Part shown: piece by piece, positions 25,549-38,886 of the stretch
Numbering within the stretch: position 1 is the stretch's first letter
Layout: each line of letters starts with the position of its first letter
Assembly (NCBI GenBank): GCA_002189035.1
Contig: CM007990.1
Span: 1,736,001-1,800,000 of the forward strand
Source of the DNA: Utricularia gibba
Lineage: Eukaryota > Plantae > Magnoliophyta
Reading direction: 5' to 3'
DNA length: 64,000 bases
The notes under the pieces: generated by a model
What the model was told of the DNA's origin: nothing
Seen by the model: only the letters and a program-made list of their open reading frames with translations
Database searches by the model: none
Translations under genes and position numbers: made by a program

Positions 25549-28271
25549 TATTAAAGGGCACCTGCTCTTTTAGTCTTGAACAGGTATTTGGGAGGCTGTT
25601 AAAGTGCCACTCGACAAGGCACCAGCATCATTGCCAAGGTGATCGTGTTCTTTTTGTGGGCGATGATGAAGAAGCTCCCATCAATTTGGGATGGTGAATT
25701 GCAACCCAAATGCACTTCATCACCGCTAAAAATGAAAGAGTGCTGCCATTTGCTTCTCTCATAACCAAGCTCGCCCAACATCTCAAAGTGAACCTTGACA
25801 AGCAGACCCCTCAGGTAGACAATTATTTTCGTTATCTAGATTTGGATGACCTGTTTTCTAACAGCTACCTGAAGGAGGTTGAGGGGAAGGCCATATTTGT
25901 TTAAGCGGGTAACAAAAGTACCATTACTTCTATGCCTCCCTCAATTGTGAATCCATATGGTGCGCCAACAGACTTTCCTCTTAGCACTACACCTTCAAGC
26001 CCCACCAAACACACCCTTCTGCTAGCTATTCAAAGTCTCTAGGAACAGGTTTCTGCACTTTCAACGAAACTGGACACTCTGATGGCTATTGCTTCACACT
26101 CCAGCGTGCCCCATGACTAAGGTACCCTCCGCTGCACTTGATGATGAGGACATCCTCAAAATTAAGTGTGGGGAGGAGTTTATGTTTCTTTTTATTTTCT
26201 AGTATTTTCTGGGCATTAGGACTTATGTGTTGAACTGTGTTGAATTTTTTTTATGTTTTCATGCTTCATGTTTTGTTTTTCTTTTGTTTTTTGTTTGTGA
26301 AAAATCCCCACTATGCTCCTCAAGTACATTTGCTTCCATGAATAAGGCTAGAATTTTAAGGATTGATCATGCTTAGATTCATGAATGTCTTGTTGCTAGG
26401 AAAATACTTCAATTATTTTTCCTTCTAGATATCAAGCTTTTGTTGCATGTTTTAGGAAAGATTATGCCGTGGCTATGATTATATTTTCAGTCCTTGTATA
26501 TATTATGTTGTGAATAATTTTTTGCTGCTCATATAGTGACCTGACCGAGATTGAAAAAAAAAGAGAAGAAAAAATACAAGGGGTGCCAAAGGTAAGGATG
26601 TTTGGCGAAGCCGTGGTTAACACCACACATAAGGTTTCATAATTCAAGCTCTCTTCCCCAAAGCGGGGACCTCTATCAAAAAAAAAAAAGAGAAAAAAAA
26701 AGGTCTTGAGTCACTATAGCATATGTTCTTTGCTGTTTTTGCCTTGATGATTTTAGTGTATAAGTAGTCATTAGTTGAGTCTTATCCTGATGCATGCAAA
26801 CTTAAGTGGGCTGCCTTAATTTGATTGAAGGATAGGAAAAGAATTGGAGTAAATGCCTGCTGTAGGAATGAACGTACCTTATTCGTGACTTAGGTTCTAC
26901 CCTTTTTCGTGGATTGCTATGATTTTCATATTTGAGGACAAGCATGATTTAAGTGTGGGGAATATGTTAAGTGTCATTTTCTAGTTAATTATTAGATATT
27001 ATTATGTGTTAATTATGTATGAAGTTGCCCAAATTAAGAGTCTTATTATTACGTATTTGATTTTTACTAGAAAATTCTTATTTTCCCGTTTTATGTACAT
27101 TTTATGCCTTTTTTTTCACACTTTAACCGAGACATGTCAGGAGACTGTCATGGAGTGTTGCAGGAGGGTGGTCAGAGTTTGACTTTTCGTGCCTTGTACG
27201 CGACTTGGAACGATTGTGGGCGGAAGACTTACACTAATCAAGGCCCCTGACTTACGGCATGTCAGAGTTTGCAGCAATGATTGGGCGCAAACTTGCACGC
27301 AAAAAAAGTCTGGTGGCACACGCAAGACAGAAGGAATTATGGGAAGGGGACCCAATGGAGTTAATGCACGTGCGGAGTGATATAAAAGCCACTTGGAGCA
27401 CTTAGTTTCGAACTTTTACCATTTTTCCTTTCTAGACTTAGACCTTTTGAGTTCTTCCTCCCCTCAAGGAGGAAGAACACTTAGCTTACTTTTCGTTTCT
27501 GTTTTGATGGCCCTTTTGGGCTAAAAACCTTTAGTTTTTTGGGAAGTAGATGAAGTTTCCTTCTAAGTCCTGAGCAATACACTCGATTCTTCGTTGAATT
27601 GATTTCGGATTCTGCATACTTCCATGCGTATTGTTGTAGTCTTTTTGTAATGAACTCTTAGTCAAGGTTCATGAGTAGCAGGCCACTCCTCGCGGATTTT
27701 GGTGAAGATCAAGGTGAAGAGCACCAATTCCAACCCCGTCGGTTCAAGGGAAGTAGCGGATTGTTTGTGGCCTAGGTACCACGATAGTGGACAGGTTGTG
27801 ACCTCGGACGTGCCACTGGCCATTGGCAGCAGCTGGGCACACGCGCGCAATTCGGTTTTGAAGGCAATCGAAGGCAATCCTCTTGTATTCCTCATCGTCC
27901 AAGGGGGAATCACATGAGGCTATTCCCGTGCCTCCTTGTCAATCAGAGTGTAAGGGAGAGTAGGCTATTCCTTACTCTTATAACCAGCTATTAGGAAGAA
28001 ATCAGTGAAAACCGAGGCAAGGATGGACAAAGGCCGGAGATGGAGTCTTATTCCCAGGAACTACGTCCCGTAATCAAGGCCCATCACTTAGGTTGTAACT
28101 TTCATTTCTGCATTTTAAAAACACCCTTTTATAAAACCATGACATTTTGTGGAAGTTTCTTACAAAACACTTTTCACGAAAAACAAATCCCTATGATCGA
28201 TACTCGTACTACGCTTTCTAGTGTCTTACGTTTTAAATATTTAAAATTTGTTGAGGAAACGACGCGCAACA
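25549..28271 (+). mobile_element. 3' part of an Athila-like Ty3-gypsy element (ORF2/env-like remnant, PPT, 3' LTR 26965-28271)
   Basis: INLG..IATQMHFITAKNERVLPFASLITKLAQHLKV remnant; AAGTGTGGGG purine tracts at ~26165 and 26951-26964; LTR TGTTAAGTGTC...GACGCGCAACA homologous to 46701-48001. No TSD; the 5' part is missing. Confidence 0.8.
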
Positions 28272-28394
28272 ACACCATAAAATATATCTCATTTTATTAC
28301 AAAGTGTTTTTAATAATATATAGTTTAAATACAAATCAAGTTATATTTATGATTGTTGTTTAAATTACTAATATACACAATGTACTTTTATCAT

Positions 28395-29078
28395 GAACAT
28401 AAAGATTTAGTTTGTTTTAATGAATGAAAATATTTTGGGGACAATTCTAAAAGTTGTTGATCGAAACTGTATCACTCTATCGGAATGCTCATGTTTCCAA
28501 AGAGAGATGCAGTATGTATTCACTCATGAGACCTTTGTTGGGCATCGCTTCTTATTCAAGCGGCGTCCAGAATATATTGGGCGTTGCTTGTGATTTCAAG
28601 AAGCGTTCGAAAAATATTTATATTTAGTTGTTTTTTAAAAATATATATTTCAAATAAACTATTATACACCAATTATATTATTAATAGAGATATGAAATCA
28701 TTTAATATAATAATTAAAAATAATATTTACGTAATTTTTTATGAAATGATTTAATATTACAATATATGAATAATTGTTACCTAATATTTATATTACTATT
28801 TATTTTATATCTTTTAGATTTAATAATATTATATGTCAAATTTTATTACAATTTTTTTCAATAGCATACAATTTACATTCTATAGTATATTATTAATTAT
28901 TGTTTCATAAGATTTTAATAAAATAATGAATATGCATATAGTTATATATATATATATATATATTATTAGAATTTATTTATAAATACAATATTAAGGATGG
29001 GTACTTTGCAAAAGGTTTTGAGAAGATGGGTATTTTTCAAATTAGGTAGGAGAGAGATGGGCGCTTTCAAATTAACTC
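28395..29078. repeat. Right long TIR of MULE-2
   Basis: Reverse complement of 16290-17050; includes a (TA)n tract at ~28944-28963. Confidence 0.88.
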
Positions 29079-29439
29079 GGATAACAACCATTTGCTCTGA
29101 ATTTCTGCAGGTCAGCAGCCGTTGTTAGGTGCAGGTTGTCAATATCTCTTTTTTGTCCACTTCATGATTGTTTCCGATTTACCAAGAACATCTGGGATTT
29201 ATTATTCATAGGATAGTTCGTGGTCTTTATTCTATTTATCCGGCTTGGGTCTTTATTCTGATTTATATCTCCTTGCTAATATGTGAAGACTCCTCCCAAT
29301 TCATTTATTTACTGATTTAGTATCCAAGCTGGCTCTTCCAATTTACTTCCTGAATTCCATGATTTGGAACCATCTTTTTTGTGTTTTACCTTCTCTATGC
29401 TGCATGCCGAATTTCAATACCATCATCAATGAATGGAAT

Positions 29440-30587
29440 TGATACACAAAAATTTACACGTCGTAAATGTGAATCTTCCTATCAAATAAATTTATAACCT
29501 AATACACATTCTAGCATAAAACAATTATGAGCATAGTGATTAGGATCGAACACGAAGAGCAGGTGCTTGCTATGTGAAAGTTAATGCATGAAATCAGTGT
29601 CACGTTGGTAAAATTGGTCTTAACTAGGACTACGGATGGAATGCAGTAAAGAAAAGTAACAAGTTCTGGAGCTCAGTTGTTTCTGGAATGGAATGGCTGA
29701 TGCCTTGGGAATCCTAGGGGATACATGCTTATCACTAAACAAGCTCACACAAACCACAAATCATACAACTAACTCGCAAGATCTAGGTCTACCCGGATTC
29801 TTGTTTTTCCCCCTAATCTTTGGTCTACCTCTAATTAGGGTTGTTAAGTTGGGTTTCACTACTTCCTCTTCCTGGATCTATCCTGGTTTGTTAATAAAGT
29901 GGCGTGACTTATGGTTTATTAAGTGTAAGGATGGATTAGCATATTTCTCCCCTTTTCACCCCAAGTCACCCCCCTAAGTGCTTAGCCACTAATGCTTAAG
30001 GTGAACGAAAGTGGAAAAGAAAAGATCACCCACAGTATGCTCATTTCACAGTCGAATACTAGAAAGCAAACAAGTAATGTGAAATGTCGACAAAAACTAA
30101 AAACGTCGCTAGCTACTCTTAGCTAAGAGTAATATTCTTCGAAAACAGAAAATAGTCTTGAACTTCAGCTTCGTTCCTGTTTGTCTTCCTTCTTCTTCCT
30201 CCCTAGAAAAATCTCCATAAACTTGTCGTGAGTCTCTAATGGGAGATCTGCCTTCTCTCTCCTCTTCCCTCCCTTTTTGTCCAAAATCTCACTTTTTCAC
30301 CTCCTTGGATTTTGTGCGTACTCTTTTTCAGACTTCTGCCACCTTCTCTACCACTACACTGTTCATATTCGGCTCCTTGGGATTTGTGTTGCGACCTTTG
30401 CTGCATTGCTCGAAGGAAACTATTAGAAGGTTGGAACTAAATCGCAAATTTAGTCCCAACTAAGACTAAATTGGCACTACTATGGTACTTATGTGCAAAA
30501 ATATAGAACTAGGCAATAAAGCTTGATTTTTGTAGCACAAAATGAGTTAATTCCATGCATTAAGTCACTCAAAAATATGCGTTATCA
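29440..30587 (-). mobile_element. Solo LTR, 1148 bp, related to the LTR at 20458-21871
   Basis: TGATA...TATCA termini; perfect TSD GGAAT (29435-29439, 30588-30592); shares TATCAAATAAATTTATAA at the same relative position as the 20458 LTR. Confidence 0.87.
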
Positions 30588-31249
30588 GGAATATTTGTTA
30601 TCCTAAACTTCATGTATTTTGATGTCGAATACAATTTTTAGTCTTAAAACAACTATCATAAATTCAATAACAATGTGAAAATAAAAATACAATGTAATGC
30701 CCAAGGGTTTCATGAGTGGAATGCTCACTCAATTTGAACAAAGTCTATCAAGAACGATCTCTATTATTTTTTGGTTTCTATTTATTTAGGTTTCCTAAAC
30801 TAGATTATATTAAAGTTTACTATTTTATAAAATTAATAAGACTAGATCTATTTGATTCTGTTGATTTCTACTTAAAAAAATTATATATGTAAGTAAATTC
30901 CAAACCCATTGGTAAACCTCTAGGTTAGGTCTCCTAAAATATGATTATTTTCCTCTTTCACTTCTGAATTTATCCTGAATTGTTAAAAACATTTACATAG
31001 GTATATTATCACTTTTAGAGTTAGACTAAAATGAGTACTTCTTTCCCTTCTTTCCAAGGCATCACTCTTAACTCAATATTCATGTTATATATAAGTAAAA
31101 TATTATCACAAAATGAAAAAAAGTAAATAGAAACAAAAAGTAATGTGTATTCCTAAATGTTAAATAGTCGATTCGATTTCCATAGCATTATTCTTAGTTG
31201 GGAGCAATAAATCATGGAATTGAGTTGAATTCTTGAGTTGGGTTGAGAT

Positions 31250-34200
31250 TTTTAAACAAGATCATCATGAAGTATCACTTCTCCATTAACCATTTTGATG
31301 ATTGGTTGAACCACATAGTAGGCGCCTCTGTATTTTCAAAATTAGATTTAAAGAATGGTTATAAAAGATTTGTATTTGACCGGATGATGTGTGGAAGATG
31401 ATGTTCAAAATGTAAGAAGGACTTATGAGTGTTTGGTGATGCCATTTGGATTGTCAAATGCTCCTAACACTTTCATACATGCAATGTATCACTTGCTCCA
31501 TCCCTTCATTGAAAAATTTTTAGTTGTATATTTTAATGATATTTTGATCTTCAACATCAATAGAGCTTCTCATTCTTATCATTTCCAATAAGTTTTGAAT
31601 GTGCTTCAGTAAACACATTTCTTTTTAACAAAAACCAAGTGTTATTTTTTGTAGAGCTAGTTTTTATCCTTGGGGTTTATCATCTCCAATTATAGCTTGT
31701 CAAGGGACCTAATGAAAGTCAATACTATTAAGTAATGATTGGTGCCCTAAATGATTGATTTCATGGTTTGGCTTCTTTTTATCACTACTTTATACCAAAT
31801 TTCAATCAAGAGATGTTGACCATTACGGATTGCTTGAACAAGGCTCTTTTACATGATCCAAAGAGTCTCATCGAGCTTTCCACTAGTTCAAAAAGAAGTT
31901 GAAAACCACCTCAATATTGGCCATTTTGGATTTTAACAGCCTTTTGAACTCCATTTCAATAAAGGGGTCAATCAATTGTTTATTTCAACAAAAAAACTAA
32001 GGGATGCTTAGATTTATTATGTTGCTTATGACTTATTATTTGCTCTAGTGAGAGCAATTGGGTATTGGAATCATTATTTGCTACATTAGGACTTTATATT
32101 ATGGACAGGTCATGACTTGAAGCACCTGAACAATTAAGAAAAGATACTGGTTTGTCATGCCTATTGGACTGCATTTTTTACAATAATTTACATTCACCAT
32201 TAAACACACAAGTGGAGTTCACAACCATGTAGCTGATGCCCTTGGTCACAAGTGAAGCCGTTTATCCACTATGTGCATTCAAGTCACGAGTTTTGAATCA
32301 ATGAAGGAGTTATATGCTGAAGGCCTATATTTTAGGTGAATCTTGGATAAATTTTTGATTGGGCAGAATGGTGATTATACTCAAATGGATATCCTCTTAT
32401 TTAAAGGGCATGATTGTGTGTATTTGACTCTAGTATTTGACTTCAATTAATCCAAGAGTTACATTGTGAAGGACATGTGAGCCGTGATCAAACACTATTT
32501 TTCGATGAGAAATGCTTAATTTTTGCCAGAGCACTAGAGGTAGGTGACACATTTCATGAGGGGATGCCAAGTGTGTCAACGTAGCAACAATGAGGCCACC
32601 AATACAAACTTGTATTTCCCTTAGACAATTCCACAACACCCTTGGTTGGATATCGATGTAGATTTTATGCAGGGTTTGATGCTACTTTTATGGTAGTGGA
32701 TCTTTTTCGAGATGTCTCATTTACTATTGTGCAAGCAAACCATTGATGCTAGCCAAATGACATAATTATTTTTCTGAGAGATATAACATCTTCATGGGTA
32801 ACCACTCTTCATCGTCTTTGATTGCAACCCTCGTTTTGTGGGATATTTTCGGAGAAGTCTTTGGAAACTCATTGGAACCACATTAAAATGCAACTCTATC
32901 TATCACTTGGAAACATATAGTCAAATAAAGATGGTCAACCACTTCTTTGGTAATCTACTTTGCTTCCTTGTTAACAAAGATCACAAGTTATGGGAATCAT
33001 TGATCATTCTTTCTAAGTATGCGTACAATCACACAAGCAACCATAATACTGGATTGATCCCCTTTTAGGTAGTATACTCAATTCAACCTCAAGGATTGAT
33101 GCGTGTCATTTTCACAACAAATTTTAAAGATTTTTAAACTCGTAAAACACAAATTGCATAGTACGAGTGTCGAACATAGAATGTTATTTTTCAGTGAAAG
33201 ATGAAATAACACCAAATTCAAGTATCGCAATTTGTAAAGGGTTCGGAAGTAAAAGGTGCAAGAAACGTAAATGATGAAGCTTGAGTAAGGAAGTAAGGGG
33301 GGTTGCAAACAAACAATAGAAATAAACGTAAGCGATGAACCTCAAATAAAGAGAATGTTCTTGGGATTGGAATTCGGCCCAGCTATGTTTATCGTGTCTT
33401 CACTCTTCTCTGATCTTCTCGAGTACTCGGTTATAAGAATAAGGAATTGGCTACTCTCCCTTACACTCTCTTGCAAGAAGGCATGAGAATAGCCCGATGT
33501 TGCTCCTCCTCGGACGAACGTAAAGATAAGAGGTACTGCCATCATACCCTCATGGTCGAATTGCGTGCATGTGCCCAAGTGTTGCCAAAGACCCAATGAG
33601 TCTAGATACGAGATCACTATTTTTCCATTGATCCTGAGGTATAGCCACAGACAAAATGTTGTCTCCCTCCTGCTAAAAGAGCATGAATTGGTGCTTTCCA
33701 CATTGTTCCTCTTCAAAACTCGCGGGTAATAATTAGCTAATCATGAATCTTGAATAATAGGATTGTTACAGAAAGACTGTAACATAGTCATATGAAGACA
33801 TATAGAACTCAATCAGATTCAAAGGAAAAATGAAGATTAACTAACAAAACATAGAATTGGGAGTCTCCCAACCCAAAAACAAAAGTTTCTAGCTGCGAAC
33901 GGTCATACAAACTAAGGAAAATGGAAATAAGGTTCTAGAGAGAAGCTAGAGGAAAAATCCTCTAGAGAGGGAAACTAAGTCTAAACTAAAACTGGGAAAG
34001 TGAATGCTCAATGTTTGAATTGAACTAAAATGAATTACTTTGTCTGAGTTTTCATGTCCCCTTGGTCTTGTTATGAATTAGAGTGACTTGCAAGAAAGTT
34101 CTTCTCTGATACTTATATGCTAATAATTTTATCTGTCAGAGACTCACGCGTACCGCACGTCAAGGCTCATCATTAGGCGTCTACAATATTCCGGAAATCA

Positions 34201-35000
34201 AGGAGATTTCAGTTCGGAAAGATCCATTTTGTCGCCATTTGCTGCCTTCTTTCTTTCATTTCTTATCATGTGTTTGCCTCTAGAAAAACTTAAACAAAAC
34301 TAACAAAAATATTAGATAAAATATAGGATTTAGGATAATTACCCTAATCTACATAAAAACCTAAATCTTATATTATAAACTCCTAGCTCAATAACTTTAA
34401 TCATATTTAGATATAAAAACGACATAAAAGATAATGAGAAAATGACATTTAACAAGGACTACCCCGCTAGACTCAATGGAAAAGTCGAGGATTTCGTAGG
34501 GTTTGCATCACACCTAAGAAATGGTCAAGTTGCATCTCACAATGACCAATGCAGCCTACAAACATCGAGTTGATCAAAAGTGCCATCATTTGGAGATTAC
34601 GATTGCAAATTTAGTTTTGGTGATATTATTAAATGAGTGATATTTAACTCATGAGTATCATACGTTGGTAGCCAAGAAGATCTAACCTATAGAAGTGTTG
34701 GCTTACATAAATTTCAATGTCTATAAGGTTTGATTACTATCTCATATCTACTATGCAGATGTCTCAAAAATTCAACATATGATTCCCTATCATTCACTTG
34801 TTCTATACTTGGAGGAGAGTTGTTCTCGAGTTAGTGGGGATGATGTAGACCTAGTAATAGGCCCAATGGACCTTGATCTTGTTTGCATAAAAGCCTAAAT
34901 GGAATCTTAAAAACCTCAACAACACTTGATGGAAGCACCTCTTGCATTTCTAAATAATTTTCAAGTCTTCTCTATCTACTCTTTGCTTGGACACGGGAGT
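31250..35000 (+). mobile_element. Degenerate chromovirus-type (CRM/Tekay-like) Ty3-gypsy pol remnant, split by a solo LTR
   Basis: [19 protein letters not shown]...[11 protein letters not shown]; RNaseH end NHVADAL; integrase ..DIDVDFM.GL..., YHLETYSQIKMVN. The integrase C-terminal sequence resumes after the 33097-34454 LTR. Boundaries approximate. Confidence 0.7.
33097..34454 (-). mobile_element. Solo LTR of the Athila-like family
   Basis: Reverse complement of the LTRs at 26965 and 46701 (TGATGCGTGTC...AATGACATTTAACA); near-perfect TSD AGGAT/AGGAC. Confidence 0.85.
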
Positions 35001-35899
35001 TGCATGTATTCAACCTGATTATTGTGTGTTTCATGTGGAAGTGAGTTTCATGTTCTTCTTTCATTAATCCTTGAGAGTTTTATTCATTTGTTAAAGGTTT
35101 TCTAACATTGAGTGTTTTCTCATTTGTTACAATAAGCAGATACGATCACATTCCAAGAAAAAAAAAGATCAAAAAAAGATATGAGGAAGAAGCAAATAAT
35201 GAAAAAAATATGGAAGAAAAAATAGAAAACATAGAGGGAAAAAGTAGAAGAGGAGATGAAGGAGAAGAATAAGATCTTTCACTTGCTCGACTAAGAAATC
35301 TATCACGGGAACACTATTTATTGCCAAGAATAAACTAGAAATTTATCATCTAACTTTCTTTTAAAACCCATTCTATTGAAGTTACTATTCATCTTTTCTT
35401 TTCGTTGCCTGATACTACAGAAAAGGATGAATTATTCTTTGTCTATTAATTCATAACATAAGCCTTTTATTCTTTTTCTATCAAGAAAAATTGATTCAGG
35501 AGAAGCAAAGAGTAATATGTTTATCCAAACAAAATCTAACTAGCAATAGACTAAAGTTAAGGTAGAAATAAGATTTAGGTAGATTTAAATCTCTTATGGA
35601 ATAAAATGTGTTTACGTTTAGCTGAAATGAAAATAGTGTGGAGTATTCTATCCCTTTAACCTTGAGGTGTTAACTTATCTTTTATGCATTTTAATCTAAT
35701 CTATTTCATCATATGTATTTATTGTAAATTGTGTTCATGATTTATTAGTTCAAGCATAGATTTTACCTTTTATCGTGACAAATATAATTCATTACACCTT
35801 TATGTAACAAGCACGTCATTTTTTATGATCAATCTTGATTTATTATACAATTTCGTCTGATTTGTATTTGTTAAGAATTAGACTATATAAATTTAGTTG

Positions 35900-36400
35900 A
35901 TAGAAAAAGTCTAATATTGCAATAACATGGATTTTCTGTTTATCACATACACATCATTCCTCAATTCCTCAAACTCAAAAAGTTTAAGCTTCCTATGATT
36001 TGCAATAAGGCTTTTGTCTAAATTCAAGCTTTTCACTACCTGCCATTTCTTATGCTCAAGTGATGCTGCTAAATATATAAGGTTTCCTATAGATGAATTG
36101 GAGTGATGATTTTCCAATTGGGATCTTCTATATTGTCTATATCACCCAATATATCTTACAATCTCATGCTTTAGTCTTTCATGCTTGAGTTTACAATATT
36201 CTCTAAAATTTGCATGATTTTCTTATTAGAAACTTCAATTTGACTATTAGTTTGTAGATGATATGCTCTTGAAGATTTGTAATAAATATTCAATTGCTTC
36301 AGGATACTTCTCAAGGTCTCATTCAAAAAATGAATTGAATGATGGTTGATTAGTGCTTTGGCACAAGAATATTTCACAAGAATATTGAATTGGGAAGTCA
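35900..36400 (-). pseudogene. Ty3-gypsy (Athila-like) integrase fragment
   Basis: HFLNETLRSILKQLNIYYKSSRAYHLQTNSQIEVSNKKIMQILENIVNSSMKD and LIANHRKLKLFEFEELRNDVY. Confidence 0.7.
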
Positions 36401-36758
36401 TATCACACAAGAATATTGTTGCCTAGAAAACTTACAACCATCATACTACTAATTGATTCAATTCACTTGGCACACATTGAATAGTAGCCAGAATAACTTA
36501 AATTATATTATATTTAGACTTTTATTATTAATTCTCGGAAATTAATTGAAAAGTCAATGCCTACGTGGTTTGAATTACTCAATTGACCATGATGAAAATA
36601 AATAATCTTCCTTGTTTGTGCTTTTGTTTTTCCATTGCAGTTTCTCGTTCTCGACGTCCCTGCCTCCGCCGTGAAAAAAGCTTTCCCCTCCGCCGATATA
36701 ACTTTCAGTTCGGCGCTCCCCCTAAGTTCTTAGCCGGTTTTCATTGTCGTCACCTGAA

Positions 36759-37829
36759 ATGGTCTCCTCAACTCTCTCCGCCGTTATTCCTGCGATTGTG
36801 CTCGTTTTCTGCTTGCCCCTTTTCTACTTGTTCTCACTGCACTTTCATCCGTCCCCCATAACCTCCATTTTTGTCCCCGATGATACGTCTCTTCTTCACA
36901 GAGCTGTCGCGGTGGATGCCGGCGGTTTTACCCCCCGCAGCTCCAGGCGCCACCCTCCCGTAGTATCCCGTCTTTCCAACTCCGTGAACTCTCCCAAAAT
37001 TGCTTTCCTGTTCCTCTCTAACTCGGAACTCTATTTCGCTCCTTTGTGGGAAGAGTTCTTCCAGAATGCAAACGTTGAACAGTACAACATCTACATCCAC
37101 CTCGATCCTGACGTGAAAATTCCTCCTCCGAAAGGCGTTTTCGAGGGCAAACTCATCCATTCGAAGAAAACATACAGATCTTCACCCACACTCATCTCCG
37201 CCGCGCGCCGCCTTCTTACCACGGCGATTCATGATGACTCAGCCAACACCTACTTCGCCCTCATCTCTCAGTACTGCATCCCACTTCACTCTTTCCCCTA
37301 TTTATACAGCTTCCTGTTTGATCAGAAGAAACTGTCGAGGGATTCAGCTTTCCAAAGCTACATTGAGATCCTTGACAAGGAACCCACATTATGGAGCAGG
37401 TACAACGCTAGAGGTGAGGGCGTAATGATCCCTGAAGTTCATTTCCATGAATTCCGAGGGGGTTCTCAGTTTTATATGCTCACTCGAAAGCATGCTTTGA
37501 TGGTGATTAATGACACGAAGCTATGGAGCAAGTTCAAGCTGCCATGTTTGAATGTGCACACATGCTATCCAGAGGAGCATTATTTCCCTACACTGCTGTC
37601 CATGAAGGATCCAGACGGCTGCAGTCACTACACCTTAACGAGAGTCAACTGGACCAACAGCGTAGATGGCCATCCATATACTTATCAGCCTTCTGAAGTC
37701 TCCCCCAGTCTTATTTACAACCTCAGGAAATCAAGTTTCACATACTCTTACATGTTTGCAAGGAAATTCTCTCCGGACTGCTTGGGCCCTTTGATGGAGA
37801 TTGCAGGTTCTGTTATTTTCAAGGACTAA
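36759..37829 (+). CDS. Core-2/I-branching beta-1,6-N-acetylglucosaminyltransferase family (GT14-like/DUF266, BC10-like), single exon, 356 aa
   Basis: N-terminal membrane anchor; PKIAFLFLSNSELYFAPLWEEFF, YNIYIH, LISAARRLL..A..DDSAN.YFALISQYCIPLHSF, GSQFYMLTRKHA, CYPEEHYFPTLL, LFARKF-like MFARKFSP. The first in-frame ATG is 36759 (the ORF track starts at a TTG). Confidence 0.93.
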   Translation: MVSSTLSAVIPAIVLVFCLPLFYLFSLHFHPSPITSIFVPDDTSLLHRAVAVDAGGFTPRSSRRHPPVVSRLSNSVNSPKIAFLFLSNSELYFAPLWEEFFQNANVEQYNIYIHLDPDVKIPPPKGVFEGKLIHSKKTYRSSPTLISAARRLLTTAIHDDSANTYFALISQYCIPLHSFPYLYSFLFDQKKLSRDSAFQSYIEILDKEPTLWSRYNARGEGVMIPEVHFHEFRGGSQFYMLTRKHALMVINDTKLWSKFKLPCLNVHTCYPEEHYFPTLLSMKDPDGCSHYTLTRVNWTNSVDGHPYTYQPSEVSPSLIYNLRKSSFTYSYMFARKFSPDCLGPLMEIAGSVIFKD

Positions 37830-38886
37830 CTTTACATGATAAGTCATTACTGTCGCTGATGTCGCTGATGTCGCTGCTACGTGAAATTCGAGTTGTATTG
37901 TCTTCTTGCATGAAGCACATCTCTTGTGTGATAAACTGGGAATTGGTGATTCCCGGGTAGTTTTTCTTTAAATTTAATAATAAATATTTATTTATTTAAT
38001 TAACGAATCAAAATATTAATTTATTTATTTGATTTCCTGCATGAAGCACATCTCGTCATTTATTTGTTATCGTATTAATTTTTGTATTGTTTTTTTATGA
38101 ATATTTAATTTTGATTAAAAATTATTTTATTTTAGTATTTTTAACAATAATTAAATATAATTTAAATATTATTATTTGAATTTTTGAAATCACATATCAA
38201 CACATTCGAATCCATAAATCAATGAATCCACATATCCTCACCTATACATCGTAGATAATAAAAGATTTCCTTGTAGTCTCTTGTTGCTATTGTAACTAAA
38301 CATGAATGGATCTCAGTGGTATTTGAAGGCAATGTTATGGTTGTTTAGGTGGGACAATTGTTCAGTTTGTGGTCACCATTTAGGTTCTTTATGTGGAACT
38401 GTACTTTTGGAATCTTAGGCCACCATTCTAACCAACCCTAACCCTTAGCCATTTGTGTTTACTCCATATTGCTCCCGTCTGCTCATTGAAAATAATGTCT
38501 ACCCTTCCCTTTGCCTACTAACTTTGCAGACTCTAAGAAGCAGCATGTAAACTTTTTGGTTACTTCTGATGACCATCTCTGACTCATTCAACTACCAGCG
38601 ATTTATGTGTGCTTCAATCCTGCAGTAAACAATATTTGCTAGATAAAACATCAATCCTAGCATCATCTTTCAATTTCTTCACAAAAATAAGGTTATATTT
38701 GAAATGGGTATCAACAAAGTATTTAAAAGCTGCAAGTTATCCGTTAGACTTATATTGCCAACACCTTGCACTGGGACAGAACTTCCATTCAGTAAGTTAA
38801 CTTGCATATTCATCACTAGTTTAAGCAAATGAAAGTGTTCTATTGGATATCCAATATGAGTGGTTGCACCTGAATCTATTATTCAC

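Larger units (their letters stand above)
16290..29078 (+). mobile_element. Large long-TIR MULE (MULE-2), 12.8 kb including nested LTR insertions
   Basis: Perfect 10-bp TSD GGATAACAAC at 16280-16289 and 29079-29088; termini GGGTCCATTTGAAA... / ...TTTCAAATTAACTC. The first ~110 bp of the TIRs are nearly identical and inverted similarity continues for ~700 bp. Contains a MuDR transposase and two accessory genes. Confidence 0.95.

Noticed and set aside
27137-28363. Short ORFs recurring in each Athila-like LTR (e.g. MESYSQELRP..., 28040 and 47770)
   Set aside because: They recur only because the LTR is repeated; frames and stops are not conserved between copies.
36834-37160. Minus-strand ORFs conserved in both glycosyltransferase copies (also 63562-63954)
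   Set aside because: Conservation is explained by the sense-strand gene.
37846-38054. GTCGCTGAT x3 and a 17-bp direct repeat TGCATGAAGCACATCTC in the 3' region of the glycosyltransferase
   Set aside because: Short local duplications typical of slippage or repair; no element structure recognised.
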